Positions 22,816-35,666 of a stretch of 53,744 bases of DNA are shown here, one piece after another (the first letter of the stretch is position 1; every line of letters begins with the position of its first letter). A model generated the notes under the pieces. That model did not search any database and was not told the origin of the DNA. It saw only the letters and a list, made by a program, of their open reading frames with translations. The translations under genes and the position numbers were made by a program. Source of the DNA: Lobosporangium transversale (Eukaryota); contig NW_019029011.1 of assembly GCF_002105155.1 (NCBI RefSeq), positions 434,001 to 487,744 on the forward strand, written 5' to 3'.

Positions 22816-25800
22816 TTAACTCCGCTCATTAGTTGATGATTCCAGTGCGATGACATTGTTGGGATCAAGCGAAGTTCCAGCGAATTGTTCCCTCTCTTGA
22901 CCGCCCTCCGATAATGTTCTTTGCAGCTCTAGTTCCTCTGTCGAAAGCGAAACTGGGGCTGATCTCAACCCTCCTACATGATTGCTGGTGCTGTTAGCCC
23001 GACTGGAGCTGGCTCGACGGGCTGTGAACGACCGACGTTGCGATTGCTGCTCACGCATCATTTGGCTCGCACTACTAGCACCACGTTGGTGATATGTTTT
23101 GGCAGATCCAGTCCCAGCGCCCCAGTCACTCATATTATCTTGATCTTCCCTAAATTCATCTCTTTCAACATCATAAGAATAACGTCTACCAACGACAGGG
23201 CCAAGATCGCTCTTAATGGTCCCCTCGCGCTGCGGTTGTTGATTCTTTGATCGTCCTCGTCGGCTTGACAAGCTTGCTGTATGACGACTAGACTGCTTCG
23301 AGACAATACTCGCAGCAATGGAAAGTCGCCTCTGAATCTTGGATCCTGTCACCCCCTCTGCCTCTGCTCCTTGGTTACCGAGCTCTGCTTCCCATTCTTT
23401 CCATCGCTGTACTGCCTCAGGATCCTTCTCCAGTTCTTGATATAAATCCACATCTGAAGGGAACATCTGGGCCTTGAGGATCTTAGCCATCACATTCGGC
23501 ATCATTGCAATCATAAATGCCACAATGATAGTCAGCCAGAAGGGTAAATGACCAGCCAAGGTTTGGAAGACACCACGGACGTGATATCCTGCTGTGCGGA
23601 CGGGATATAGGAATGAATATGCAGTGTTGTACCCAAACCATGCAATGATTGTAAGAAGTGAGGTGATATGGGTTACAATCGACCAATTATGAGTCTCCAG
23701 GTACGCAATCTTGAAGGTGACCACCAATACAATGGTGGTGTAGACACCAAGTCCCATTTGGAACAAGGCTACCTCATCTGGTTCAATGCCAAACTTGCTA
23801 ATAGCACCTGCAATCCAGAGTGGAACCATCAGCGCTGCAATTGCATGGTAAACCGCTGCTACCATCCACGTCCCAAAGGTCATCAAAGAGAAGCCAGAGT
23901 TCTGCTGTCCAAATGTGTACAGCTCCGGAACGAGTTGCAACGTCGATGCCTTCAGGTCTTGCTCGAACATACCGACAACCATTACGGGCAGAGAAGAGAA
24001 GAGAGTGTTGTAGAAGGAGAGTGTCCATTGCTCGTACAATGATGTGCCTGAAAATCCTGTAAAAATCTGGAATAGCCCTTGAGTCAAATAAAATGTCGCG
24101 CACTTGTAAAACGTACCCAACACAAACTTTGATACACGCACATATGACCAACGACCATGAACAAATAGCAATCTCTCCAAGAATCGGAACTGTGCAATAG
24201 AGTAATCGCTCGCTCTAGCAGCCTGAAGACCCTCCTTTCCTGTGATCCCGATACCGACGTTGGCCTCTTGAATCATCGCAATGTCATTGGCTCCGTCACC
24301 GATTGCAAGAGTTACCACATGCTTCACTCTTCCACGAACTGTCTTGACCACAATAGCTTTTTGAGCGGGACTGACTCTGCAACAGATCACAGAGTCTGCT
24401 CGGATACCGAGCTCAACAAAGAGTGCCATCAGTTCTGAAGACTGCTCCACAATTCCAAGTGTGGCTCCATCGATGACTACTACCACGTGGCGTGACTTGC
24501 CTTTGCTAACATCCTTAATGGCCTTGTTCAAAGCCCTGTGTGCTTGTGCTTGTGTTGGCACATCCAAGATGATGGTTGATGAGTAGTCCTTGATCAGTCG
24601 ACAAGAGTATCCAATGTTGATAGCTGTCTCACGCTTATCACCCGTCAACATCCACAGTCTAATACCAGCCCTACGAAGCTTGTCAATTGTCTCGGGCACC
24701 CCGACTTGAAGCTTGTCTTCAATGGCAGTGGCGCCCGTCATGTCCAGATTCTGTTCTAATAATTCAGCCGCCTGTTCCAACTTTTCTTGTCGACCTTCCA
24801 ATGCACTCTGAGCATTCGCATACTGCTTTGCCCACTGACTATATTCCTCCTCGGACAAATATCGGTGACCATACAGCAACGTCCTCAATCCAGTCGTGGC
24901 GTATTCTTGAATGTGATCCATGGTTTGTTGGTACTCCCACATTTCTGATTGTGTCTGGCCGAAAAAGTATGCAGCAATGTAATCTACGTCTGCAGGGGCT
25001 CTAGAAGCTGCACTGGCGCCTTTTGAATGCTCGAGTCGATCAAGTTCTCTCAAGACACCTTCAACTCCTGCTGGTGATGTTGAAGAGCGCTGGAGTGGAC
25101 GTTTACGTCTTTTGTCAGTTTTAGGGTGATCTAGACTTTCGAGCGGATCCATACCGTCGTATCCATGAGGGTGAGGCGAATCCAGCGTAAAGGGTATCGG
25201 AGAGTCTGGGTTCAAAATATCGTCAAATCCTGTCCGAGGATCTCTGACACGTTCCAGAATGACAGAGTCAGCGCCCTTGGTGAACAGGCAAATCCGCCCA
25301 TCTGGCATCCTGTAAATAACAGACATTCGCTTTCTTTTACTTGAGAATTCTAGAACATTGAGAATCTCGTAAATTTCCTCCTTTGGGGCTTCATCCGCAG
25401 ATGTTGGCAAGCTCTGGACACGGATACCACGTCGAGTGCGTTCCACAAAGACATAGCCAAGCTCCTTCGCACCCGCGACCAATGCATTCTCGTCTGGACT
25501 GGCTGCTTGATACTTGAGACTCATAGGATCAGATTCGTCCATCAACTCTGGAACCGCATCATGGCAGAGAGCCATTGCAAGTAAGAAAAAGCGGATCCTG
25601 TTTGCCATGTCATGATGCGTTCCAGACTTCAAGATTGAGACTAACTGCGATGTAGGCGTGCAAGGCACGATTGTTTCAGCGTATGAAGGTTTGTTGCCTG
25701 CGTATACACTCTCAGGGTATCCTGCTGGCAATGATCCCGATTCCATTTCAGAGATTACTTCCTTGCCTCCGCCCAGATTCTGGTAGCCTAGACTAGATCT

Positions 25801-27069
25801 CTGTCCCTGATGACGATGAGAAGATCGCTTCAGCTTCCCTACGACTTTCCCAGCCTTGGTCGTGTATTTGCTTCGCCTGCGTACTGTCTCGCCTTCAGCA
25901 GGGGCATCGCCTGGGTGATCATGTCCATCTGATGAATGCAAGTTCTGGTTCTCCTGCGCTAGCTTAGCTGCTGCTTTAATCGATTCTGGATCCAAATCAT
26001 GATTGAATGAAAGACCAGCTACACAAAACTTGCGGAAGACCATGATGTTTTCTGTCAGTGTTCCTGTCTTGTCTGAGAATAGGTAGCTAACTTGCCCAAG
26101 TTCTTCGTTAATGACAGTTGTTCGGGCTTCTGCAGGCGTATCCGAGATGGGGTCATACATCTCCAGATCGTGATGGATAAAGTAGGCTTGCATCAACTTG
26201 ACGAGCTCCATGGTGACATAGAGCGAGATCGGGATCATGGTGTTAAAAAGGACAATGTACCCAAAAAGCACTGATGCAGTGTCACTGCGCATAACGCCTT
26301 TGGCTGCCAAGTACCAAGCAAAACGTCCAGGTTTATCGTTCCTGTTGTTCCAAATTGCACTGAGGACCGTGCATAATGCGGACAAAAAGACCACAATGCT
26401 GAAAATGACGATAATGACCTTGTTGATCAGTCGCTGCATACTAGGTGCTTTTGTACGAATGTTTTTGGACCCATTCTGACGGATTTTCGTTTCTTCACCC
26501 GAAAACACCACGAGACCATAAACGAAGGGTGTGTTGCGCAAGATAGTGCCACGGAGAAGAATTTGGTTGATACTGAGGGGATATCGTGGAATATTCTTGC
26601 CATGCCCAAGTTCCAAGTATCCCTCAAAGTTGTACAAATCCTGGTTAGGCTGTTCTGTATGGGCGCAACCTAAATATGTATTTTGATTAGATTTAGGACG
26701 TCATGGTTAGTCAAAAATATACTACTGCATAGATGTATACCAACAAGTGTGTGTGTTCGGATTCGGGTAATATAATAAGCACAAGGATAGGATTTGCAAA
26801 CAAGACAGACCCGTTGGCCCATTCCTGTTTCCTATCCATATTGGCCTGTTCCTTTTATTCTATGTAGAATAAATCCCACACAACGCTCATACCGAACAAT
26901 GACATAAACGTTCCACCTCAAGGATCAATGGAGAAACCCCCGCAAGAACCTTATTCATATTACAACAACAACAACAACAGAAATAATAATAATTATTATA
27001 ACAGGGTCATACACAAATCAACAAAATGAACAGAAAACTGTCCATGATGTGTACGTTCTTCCCCTGGCA

Positions 27070-27106
<37 letters not shown>

Positions 27107-28420
27107 TCAAATTATACCTGTAAAAGTTGCAATATCTTCTTGGGTGCGAATTATATCATTTGTTGCACGAAGAGCCTGCCGCTGCTTGAGATTAGTCTCG
27201 CCATCGAGTGCAGCTGTCTCTACATAACAGCTTCCTTCAGGCCCTGCAGCGTGCAGCAAGATAAGATCTGCAGGTATCCAATCATTCTGATCAACCCTTA
27301 TGATATCTCCTACACAAATATCCTTCCATTTTATCTTTTGAAAGAGAGGAAGATTAGGTGCAGGTGTGTGGACAGTAGGGGTCAAAGGGATTGTGATGGA
27401 TAGTTCAGCCGGCGATGATGGCTTGTCCGCAGCCTCTGCTTCTGTAGTGGAGGCCGGATGGGGAGACGGTGTGTGATGGTGTTGTGAATTGTCTTGAGGA
27501 GAGATCGAGTTGGTTGCATTACGATAAGTGCGAAAGACGTTTGTCATCTGGTTGTTCTCGACATTATCCTGCCGATGTCTTCGATAGTCGTCGTAACCTT
27601 CGTGTGCAATAGCGATGGATAAAAAGACCAATAGTGGAACTAGGGTTGTATACTGTCCTGTTGGTGACCAACTGGGAACCATCTGCAATGAGGCTACGAA
27701 CAAGAAGTATACGTTGGCGATCTTTGAGAATTGGGCATACAATTGCTTGGGTAAAAAGTCCCAGAGGGTATAGCGGGCTGTTGTAACAGAGTTGGAAACA
27801 AAAGGCTTTCCGGTTTCGGGTTGGATCAAAGGGGCAGTGCGGGATGAGGAGATGGGGATCACACGAGTGGTTTTGCTGGCAACAACTCTCCCACGGCCTG
27901 TTATTTTGATAAATAGTGTCTTTATCCAGTTGCTGGACTTTGTTGATTTAGTTTCTAGAGATACAGAGTCCCGAGTTGGTAACTCCTTGAAGGAATCAGT
28001 CGTTATGGGTGCAGCTGATACTGGATCGCCTGGAACCGTGGTTGTTTCTGCTGCTGTTGTTTTTGTCGAGTCTGTAACAGATCCCATTTCCATAAAAGTC
28101 GACTGGGTACCTTGAGGGGTTAGTGCAGGCTGATCAATCAAAGTGTTTATGTTATTTGAGAGGACATTGTGAGGTTGGATAGCAGAGGAGGAGCTGGTTG
28201 ATTGAGAAGTGATGATCTGTGGCTGCTGGCCTTGTAAAGTGGCTCGTCGACGACGAGAATGAAGGGAGGGCAGAGCAGACGGGTCAGGAGGGTTGGTTGT
28301 GGATGGTTGTGGAAGGATGGTTGAGGTCGAGTTATTGGAAGGATGCGAAGGGGATGATGAGGGTGAGACAGTGTTGGAAGGCTGACTGGTCGAGGCCATG
28401 CCGTGGTTAGGCGATGCCAT
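22816..28420 (-). CDS. DNF3: P4-type ATPase (phospholipid flippase), DNF3-like; exons 28420-27118 and 26669-22816
   Basis: QFSKIANVYFL, ETAALDGETNLK, PISLYVTME, FSDKTGTLTEN, EFSSKRKRMS, KGADSVI, LTGDKRETA, GDGANDIAMIQ. One 448-nt GT-AG intron (27117-26670). The subfamily call is by resemblance only. Confidence 0.85.
27070..27103. repeat. (AAT)n microsatellite in the P4-ATPase intron
   Basis: About 11 AAT units; a (CAA)n tract also lies at 26962-26979. Confidence 0.9.
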
Positions 28421-28812
28421 GCTCTTGTGTCTGTTGTGTCACTCTTCCTGTAGGGAAGAGAGGGGTTTGGGATGACGAAGAACAGAAAAGATAGAGGAGA
28501 GAAAGAGATGAAGCAAGGACAAAATTAGATACGATTATGCAGTATGAATCTGGAGGCAGTCAAAAGAGAAAGAAAAGAAAAAGAAAAAGAAAAAGCAGAG
28601 TGGCAGAGCAAAGGATAAGAGAGAGAAAGAGTAGAATTGCAGTGGTGAATACCTTTTTTTATGTCGCTGTTGAAATGGTTTGTAATGTTTTATGTGGTAA
28701 AGGATAGAGAGAGAATAAGGAAAGAAGGGAAAACGGAGAGAGGTGTATGTGCCGAGTAATGGCTGTGAAGAGGAGTGGAATGTGAAAAAGTAGGAATGAA
28801 TGAGTTGCGATT

Positions 28813-28850
28813 AGAGAGACAGAGAGAGAGACAGAGAGAGAGACAGAGAG
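28813..28850. repeat. Compound (GA)n/GACA microsatellite
   Basis: agagagacagagagagagacagagagagagacagagag. Confidence 0.85.
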
Positions 28851-29682
28851 AAAGAAAAAAAGAGGTTGGTTAAAAAAAATTACTAAAAAGAAAAGGAGGA
28901 GAAAAAGAGGGAGACGATCCTATTAGTCAACTGACAGAAATACAGAATTGAAATAAAGACCGAGTGTGATGAAGTACGACTGCATGGGCATATGGTGAAT
29001 AAACACTCGGAAATTGAAACATGAGGACAGGGCAAATGTCAATATGTCAATCTATTCCAAATAGACCATTGCACAGAATAGAATTGGTGCTCTTTTGACT
29101 TTTCTCCATCCTCTCAAATGATGCAACAACAATAACATGTCCCATACACTAAGATCGCTTGCGGCTGTTCAAGTTGGTTGGTCCCATTTGATTTTTTTTT
29201 TTTTTTTTTTTTTTTGATCGACAGAAATTTATATGAATTTAAAATATAAATCGCTCTTTTCCTTGAAGGGAATTGTCTGGCTGTGGCAAAATGTATGAAA
29301 TGTAACGAAATGTATTGTAGACTCTCCTTCTGTTCTCCGAGGGAGAACCCTTTGCTCTCCAACACACTCCTCAATTGTTAAAGGTTGCAGCTGATCACAT
29401 TCATGACCTTGAAGTTCCTTACGAGCGATTACTACAAATTCTATCACCACAGGCTTGGGGGGAGAACTACAAAGATGAACAGAGTTGAATGTAGGGGGTA
29501 GAGATGGTTAAACACGGGACGATTGGATGATGGCCCTGATAAATTTATTTTTACTTTCCATTTATTGGATCGACTACATGACACATGTGGCATGGGAATC
29601 TGTTTATTTAAATACGTCAATGGTCATCCTCATAATTTAAAGTTGGTAATGCACGCTATGGCCAGCTTGCCCAAACACAATC

Positions 29683-31514
29683 TTATTGCTCAAGACTAAG
29701 TGAGCATCGCAAAAGATGATGACTTGTGGAAGATCCGAGGATCAAGTCGTTATTCCAATACGCAGCAACACTCGATGCTGGTTTCCAGATAAAAAGAAAA
29801 TAAATAAATAGTAATAAAAATAATAATAATAATAATAAAAAGTTAGTACAAAGTTCACATATACATACACTCCTTCTTGTTCTTCTTCATACAAAACTTG
29901 CCTGAAATATCTTCGCCATTGCTATAGAACAAATCCTTGACCTCCCACTTGAGTGGAGGCAATTCGGGTTTCGGGAAGAAATACATATCAGGCTGAGTGC
30001 TCTCCTGGCGGATAAAATTCTCGGGCGCCAATTTCTCAATCTTAACCACGTGCGAAGGAGATTGAGGCTCATAACCAAGCTTGTGACGAAGGTAGGTCGA
30101 ATATGAAGGATGACTAGCTACGTAGATATCCCCAGTATGCTTATCCACCGATAAATTGTCCACATGGTTCCCTACCCATATATCGACATCATGAACCAAT
30201 TCACCCCGAGTCGTTTCATCTGTTGTATTATAAACATGGACAACCCTGTCCAAAAATGAGGAAACATAAAGCTGGGTCGCATCTGGTGACACAGCAATGC
30301 CTATGTAAAAGGATCATAAAAGGTCCATCAGCCAACACGTCGAGATGATCGCACATATCAAACACACGAATTGATATATAAATCCCTTACCATAAGGATT
30401 CGCAAGACTCTCGAGAACTTTGCGAGCATCCGTACCGTTGTAGTAAACAACTGACCCAAGGGCAAGGCCTGCAACTTCCTCAGCAACCCTTCCATACTTA
30501 TTACTCATTGCCTACCATTGCAATTAATAAATGAAGAAAATAAATGTTTGCTACCGAATAAAAGAACGAGTCAATACTGTCGAAACAACAGGATTCTTAC
30601 ATGGTGATTAGTCATATAGAACCGCTCTCTCCCAACTGCAACAATGTCTTTTGGAGTAACAAAAAGCTCACTCTGAATACTTTTAACGTGCTTGAGTGTA
30701 GTATCGTCAATCGAGTAATCAAATATCTCCACTACATCGCCTTTATGGGAGTGGTTAATCACAAACAAACGATTTGCCCAGGCTTGCGTGTCAGGATCTT
30801 GGAAACGATAAAGCGACATGCCGGCGGGATGGAAGTCCTCAGATGAAAAGTCCCGAAGTTGTGCCTCCTTGGGCGAAGAATTCGGTTGGGCTAGAGAAAG
30901 GGTATAAATGCCCCCGTCTTGTTCAGTCTTTCTGCTAGGCCGGTGGAAAAAACTGCTCTCCTTGACCCATGACCGATCATCCGAAGAAACAAAGGCAAGC
31001 TGATCGTGGTCACTGATTTCGATGTCTGAGGGTCCAGGAATGACTAGTTTTGGAATCGATCGTTAATCGTGACAACATCAGATACGTGTTGAACATGAGT
31101 TTATATCTCAGTGTTTCCATTGTACTTACATGCCGTCTTGTAGCAATTGCCCTGAATTCCCGCAGTCTGAGAAATGCTAATGTCGCGACTAGGGATGAAG
31201 AATCTTTCATACACAGACTTGAGCAGCACACCAACTGAAGCGATCAACAACGACATCATAATACTTCTAAGTTGTGATGATTTCTTAGCCTGTTGGCGAG
31301 CACGAATAACAGCAGCCTTTTTTTTCTTGTTATCTTCAGTATCCTTTGGGGAGATAGCGGCTCCTTTCTTCATAGCTGTCGAGATTGATGTACTGGTGGA
31401 GGCAACGACAGGGGTTGTGTCAGACTCGTCACTTGCATCCTTGACAGTGGTCCTTCTGTTCCTTAGTGTACTCCGCACTGATGCTGTTGTAGACGTATCT
31501 TCCTTGTCAGACAT
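29683..31514 (-). CDS. Paraoxonase/arylesterase-fold (six-bladed beta-propeller) type II membrane protein, probably catalytically impaired; exons 31514-31130, 31043-30601, 30511-30391, 30300-29902, 29777-29683
   Basis: TM segment IMMSLLIASVGVLL. PON-like blocks GPSDI, DFHPAGMS, LFVINH, VVEIF, PKDIVAVG..FYMTN, GSVVYY, VDNLSVD, ASHP, SSVAA. The last intron is probably GC-AG. Confidence 0.85.
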
Positions 31515-33392
31515 GTCAGGATGTTGGTCGGAAATGAACAAATGGAAATGAGATGGAGGGAGTTGAATGGAAATTAATGTAAGGGAATGATCATGACATT
31601 TGATCTGTGCAACAACGATCTACTCGAGGCTGCACGTGCGAATCCTATCCAAAGCACAGGACGAGCTGTCTGAAATGAAATGCTGAAATACTGAAATGCT
31701 GAAATAGTGACCCTCGAACCATCGATCTATAAAGCACACACCAAGCAACTGTTCAGCGTATTAGCGACGTCCACATTGGTACCATTCACCATTCGGATAA
31801 CCATCCCACGGGTCTTGTCTTTCGAACATGTATTGCTGCAATTCTTGCTTTTTTTTTTTTTTCTCCCAGATCTGTTTAATTGACTCTTGGCATAGCATGC
31901 ATCAATGTGGAGTCAGTGAGCCAATGTGGGAGCCTTTTAGATTTAGTCCTGATGACTACCATCGATTGCGCAGAGCCTCACAACGTTTTTTTTTTTTTAT
32001 TCCATTCAAAAAAAGTTAAAATCATTGCAACGCCTCATGAGTAACATGGGTCTAACAGTTTGGGCGCAGCCTCTAACACCGAGCCAAACATTAACAAATT
32101 TTCAATGTTACATAAAACCAAAAACTGAATTCATCTGAGACTAGAGTATTTATTCTCCTCCTTTGCGAAGTGAAAGAGAGAGTAGAGAGGCTTAATACAT
32201 TGCTCATTCAAGCTTCTGGTACCTGCATAAACTTCTTTTTACTCTTATTATTTTAGCCATGATCGAGACGCGTAGATATATAGACACGTGGAAAAGTTAT
32301 GGTTTCAAGAATGGATGTAGTAGACGGTGCCAAGCTGCTCCTCTGATGACAAAGGTGCGTTTTCACACTCTACATGGTCACAATACGAATCATGGGCATA
32401 GCTTGATCAAAGTTTGTTATATTTGGCATTCTTATTTCAGACACACAACAAAACAATTGAGTAATCGACTGAGTACATGTGAAGAGAACAACTAACCTGC
32501 GCAGCCATGAATTTGCTCTCACACTGACAACAGATTGAGTCCTTTTCTTTTTTTAAAAGGAATTTGGGGTGTCATAGTCACAAAGACCCGTTCACAACCT
32601 GTGTAAGCATCAACCAAGCATCAATACATGAAATACGGATCAAGATGAGCTTGATACAAAATTGCCTTTTTGGAAAGAGAGAGAAACATCTGTGACACTG
32701 TAAGCACAAGCAAATAAATACCGCTTGAATTTCATCTCACAGACTCATCTCCCCACACCTTCTCTCTCTCTCTTTCTCTTTGGTCAAGGGTAGTAAAGTT
32801 TGCTCATTGACATGTAAATATTAACTGTGTTGGACTGCGCTTGTGTTCACTCAGCTGTACCTTTCCAACTTGAAGCGCTTGCTTAACTTTATCGGGCGGG
32901 GTCTCTTTCTCTATTCTTTTGATTGCCAACTTGGACCATGATTGGGTTATATAAGACATCTGGACATCTTTGTACTGAATTAAGACAATGACTCTGCTCT
33001 CACAATTTCGCAAACGTCCCTGACTTCCTTTTCTCCGCCACAGACAAATTGATTGGAGCAATGGGGCAACGCATCCTCTCTCTTCTTTTCCTCTCTTAAC
33101 TTCTCTACAACCTCTCCATCCTACAGAACAACAAACACTCTTACCCTCACTCACTCGCTAAAAAAAAAAAAAAAAAAAAAAAAAGTGTTTTGATCCACAA
33201 TAACTGAATATTTTATGTATTACACTCAAATGCTTGTTTAAGCCCAACAACACCGTCGAAAGTATACAAAAAAAAAATATTCAAAGTATACAAAAAAAAA
33301 TATTCATTCAGACGAAATCGATCTCCCTTCTGTCCTTCATTTCTCCATTCCTCCTCATCAGTGAATAATAGCAACGACACAGAGCACAGACT

Positions 33393-35625
33393 ATGACCAC
33401 GCCAGATCAGCTCGATGCTAAACGGAGACGAGTCTCTAGAGCATGGTAAGTCCACTTTTTTGTTCGGATGATATTTTTACCTTCTTATTTCTATCCCACC
33501 ATCTTCTCCTTTGCTGTATATCCGGATAAATCAAAGTTCAACAGGGAACGCATGGATAAAAAACATTCTTGCTCATTAAAGCCAATGACCCTGTTACCCT
33601 GTTTCGAAGATATATCGCATGTCAAAAAGGAGTAAAACCCTATCCTCTCTCCTTTAGTATTTCACTTTCCATCTGTACATTTACCAGCTTGCTGCACCCC
33701 TGCGAGAGCAGCTTTTACAGATGGGAGTAACCGCCATTATACCATGCGAGCAGCAAACGATGTTGCACGTGTCAATTTTGCATCTACCACTCTCTTCAAA
33801 GAATGTGGACTAACAGACTCATTACAACTCGTGTTCTATGGCGAGAATAGTGATATATGTCGGAGGAAGAAAGTTCGATGCGATGGCTTGCAGCCTTCTT
33901 GTACCAACTGCACCACCTTTGGTTTCCAATGCACGTAAGTAGTTCTGTCAGATCAGATTCAGGTTTCTTTCTCTCTTTTTTTTTTTTTTTTTTTTTTTTC
34001 CCTTTCTTTCTTTCTTTTTTATATACATCTTATTGATGATAAATATCTTTTTCTGCTTAGTTTTAATGACTCTGCCAAAAAGAGAGGTCCGCCCAAGGGT
34101 TACATTGAGGCCCTTGAGAACAGACTCCATAGGATGGAAAGTCTTCTAGGCGGATTAGTGCAAAGTGGTGAACGTCCTAAAGCGGATCTTGATGCTTGGC
34201 GAGATGAGCACGATGATGATGTAGACTCGTTGGACTCTATCTGGCCAGCATCGTCCGATACCCCTCTCTTTCCTCCACCAGTCCCGTCATCTCTACCCAC
34301 AAACAATCGCCATCAACATACCGACTCAATCTCTACGGCCATTTCGAGCTCATCTACAATTAATAGCCAAATGAACGAAGAGGAGGAAGAAGAGGTTTTA
34401 CCTTTTGATCTAGAAGCAAGAGAAAAAATCAACGCTATATCGGACAGTTTATCATCAATGACACTGGATGATGGAGGCTTCGTTCGATACCTTGGCAACA
34501 GTTCCGGCATCGACATGCTACAGAGAAGCCAGCTCTTAAAAAATGGTCGTTATATGATGCCACTACGTATGAACGAGCATAGAGAATGGCTGTTGCAGAG
34601 GGAGAATATTATCGCCCAGATGGAGAGTGAAATGACCATGCCTCCCCGAGATCTTGCAGAACATTTAATTGAACTGTATTTTACATATGTTCATCCCAAC
34701 ATACCAGTTCTACACAGACCTACATTCATGCGCCAATATCGCAATCTAGACCCTTTGAAAAAGCCTCCAAGAGCATTACTGAATGCTATGTTTGCAATCG
34801 CCTCTCGTTATTCAACTAACCCCGAAATCATTGGGAATGATCCCGAAGCCTTTGGAGATGAGTATTTCAGCCGGGCCAAAAGGCTCATCGATCTTGAATA
34901 TGAAGTTCCTCGTCAGACTTCCATTCAAGCCCTGTTGCTCATGGTCACCTATCGATTTACAAGCGCAAAATCTGGTGGCCGTGTCTGGGTCATGTTGGGA
35001 ATGGCTACGCGAATGGCGCAGGATCTGGGCATGCACAGGAACTCGGCGCGCTGGCATTTACCACCATTAGAGGCAGAACTCCGAAAGCGCTTGTGGTGGG
35101 CGGTCTATGTGATGGATCGGTGGGTAAGCGCCTGCATGGGGCGGCCTATGGCGATTGATGATGCTGATTGTGATGTAGACTATCCCTCAGTTGTGGAACA
35201 GGACTGGGCTGACCCTGATGGTAACCCAGTTTCACCAAGCGAAGAGGCTGAGAAGCTCAAGGAGCAGTCATCCTTTGCTTTACGCTATTTTGTCGAAACC
35301 ATCAAGCTTTCCCAAATCCTTGGTCAAATCCTTCGAGGTGTATATTCCCCACAAACAAGGAACCATGGACCTGGTCAAGTCATCTCTACGGTCTATGACC
35401 TTGACACTATGCTCACCAAATGGCTGCTAGCATTGCCCTCTGATCTGAAATACGACAACAAAATCGAACCCATGCAGTTGAGCCGGTGGGTCGCAACGAT
35501 TCATATTTCATATTGTAAGCTGCTTAGACCTTTAGACTTTAATACAACTGATACTAAGGAAAAATTGATGATACCATTGATGAGAATGTAGAACTAATAT
35601 CAACTCTTTATTTATTTATTTATTT

Positions 35626-35666
<41 letters not shown>

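Noticed and set aside
28960..29010. CCGAGTGT/ACACTCGG inverted repeat with a box C-like GTGATGA (C/D snoRNA?)
   Set aside because: No box D (CTGA) next to the 3' stem, and too short.
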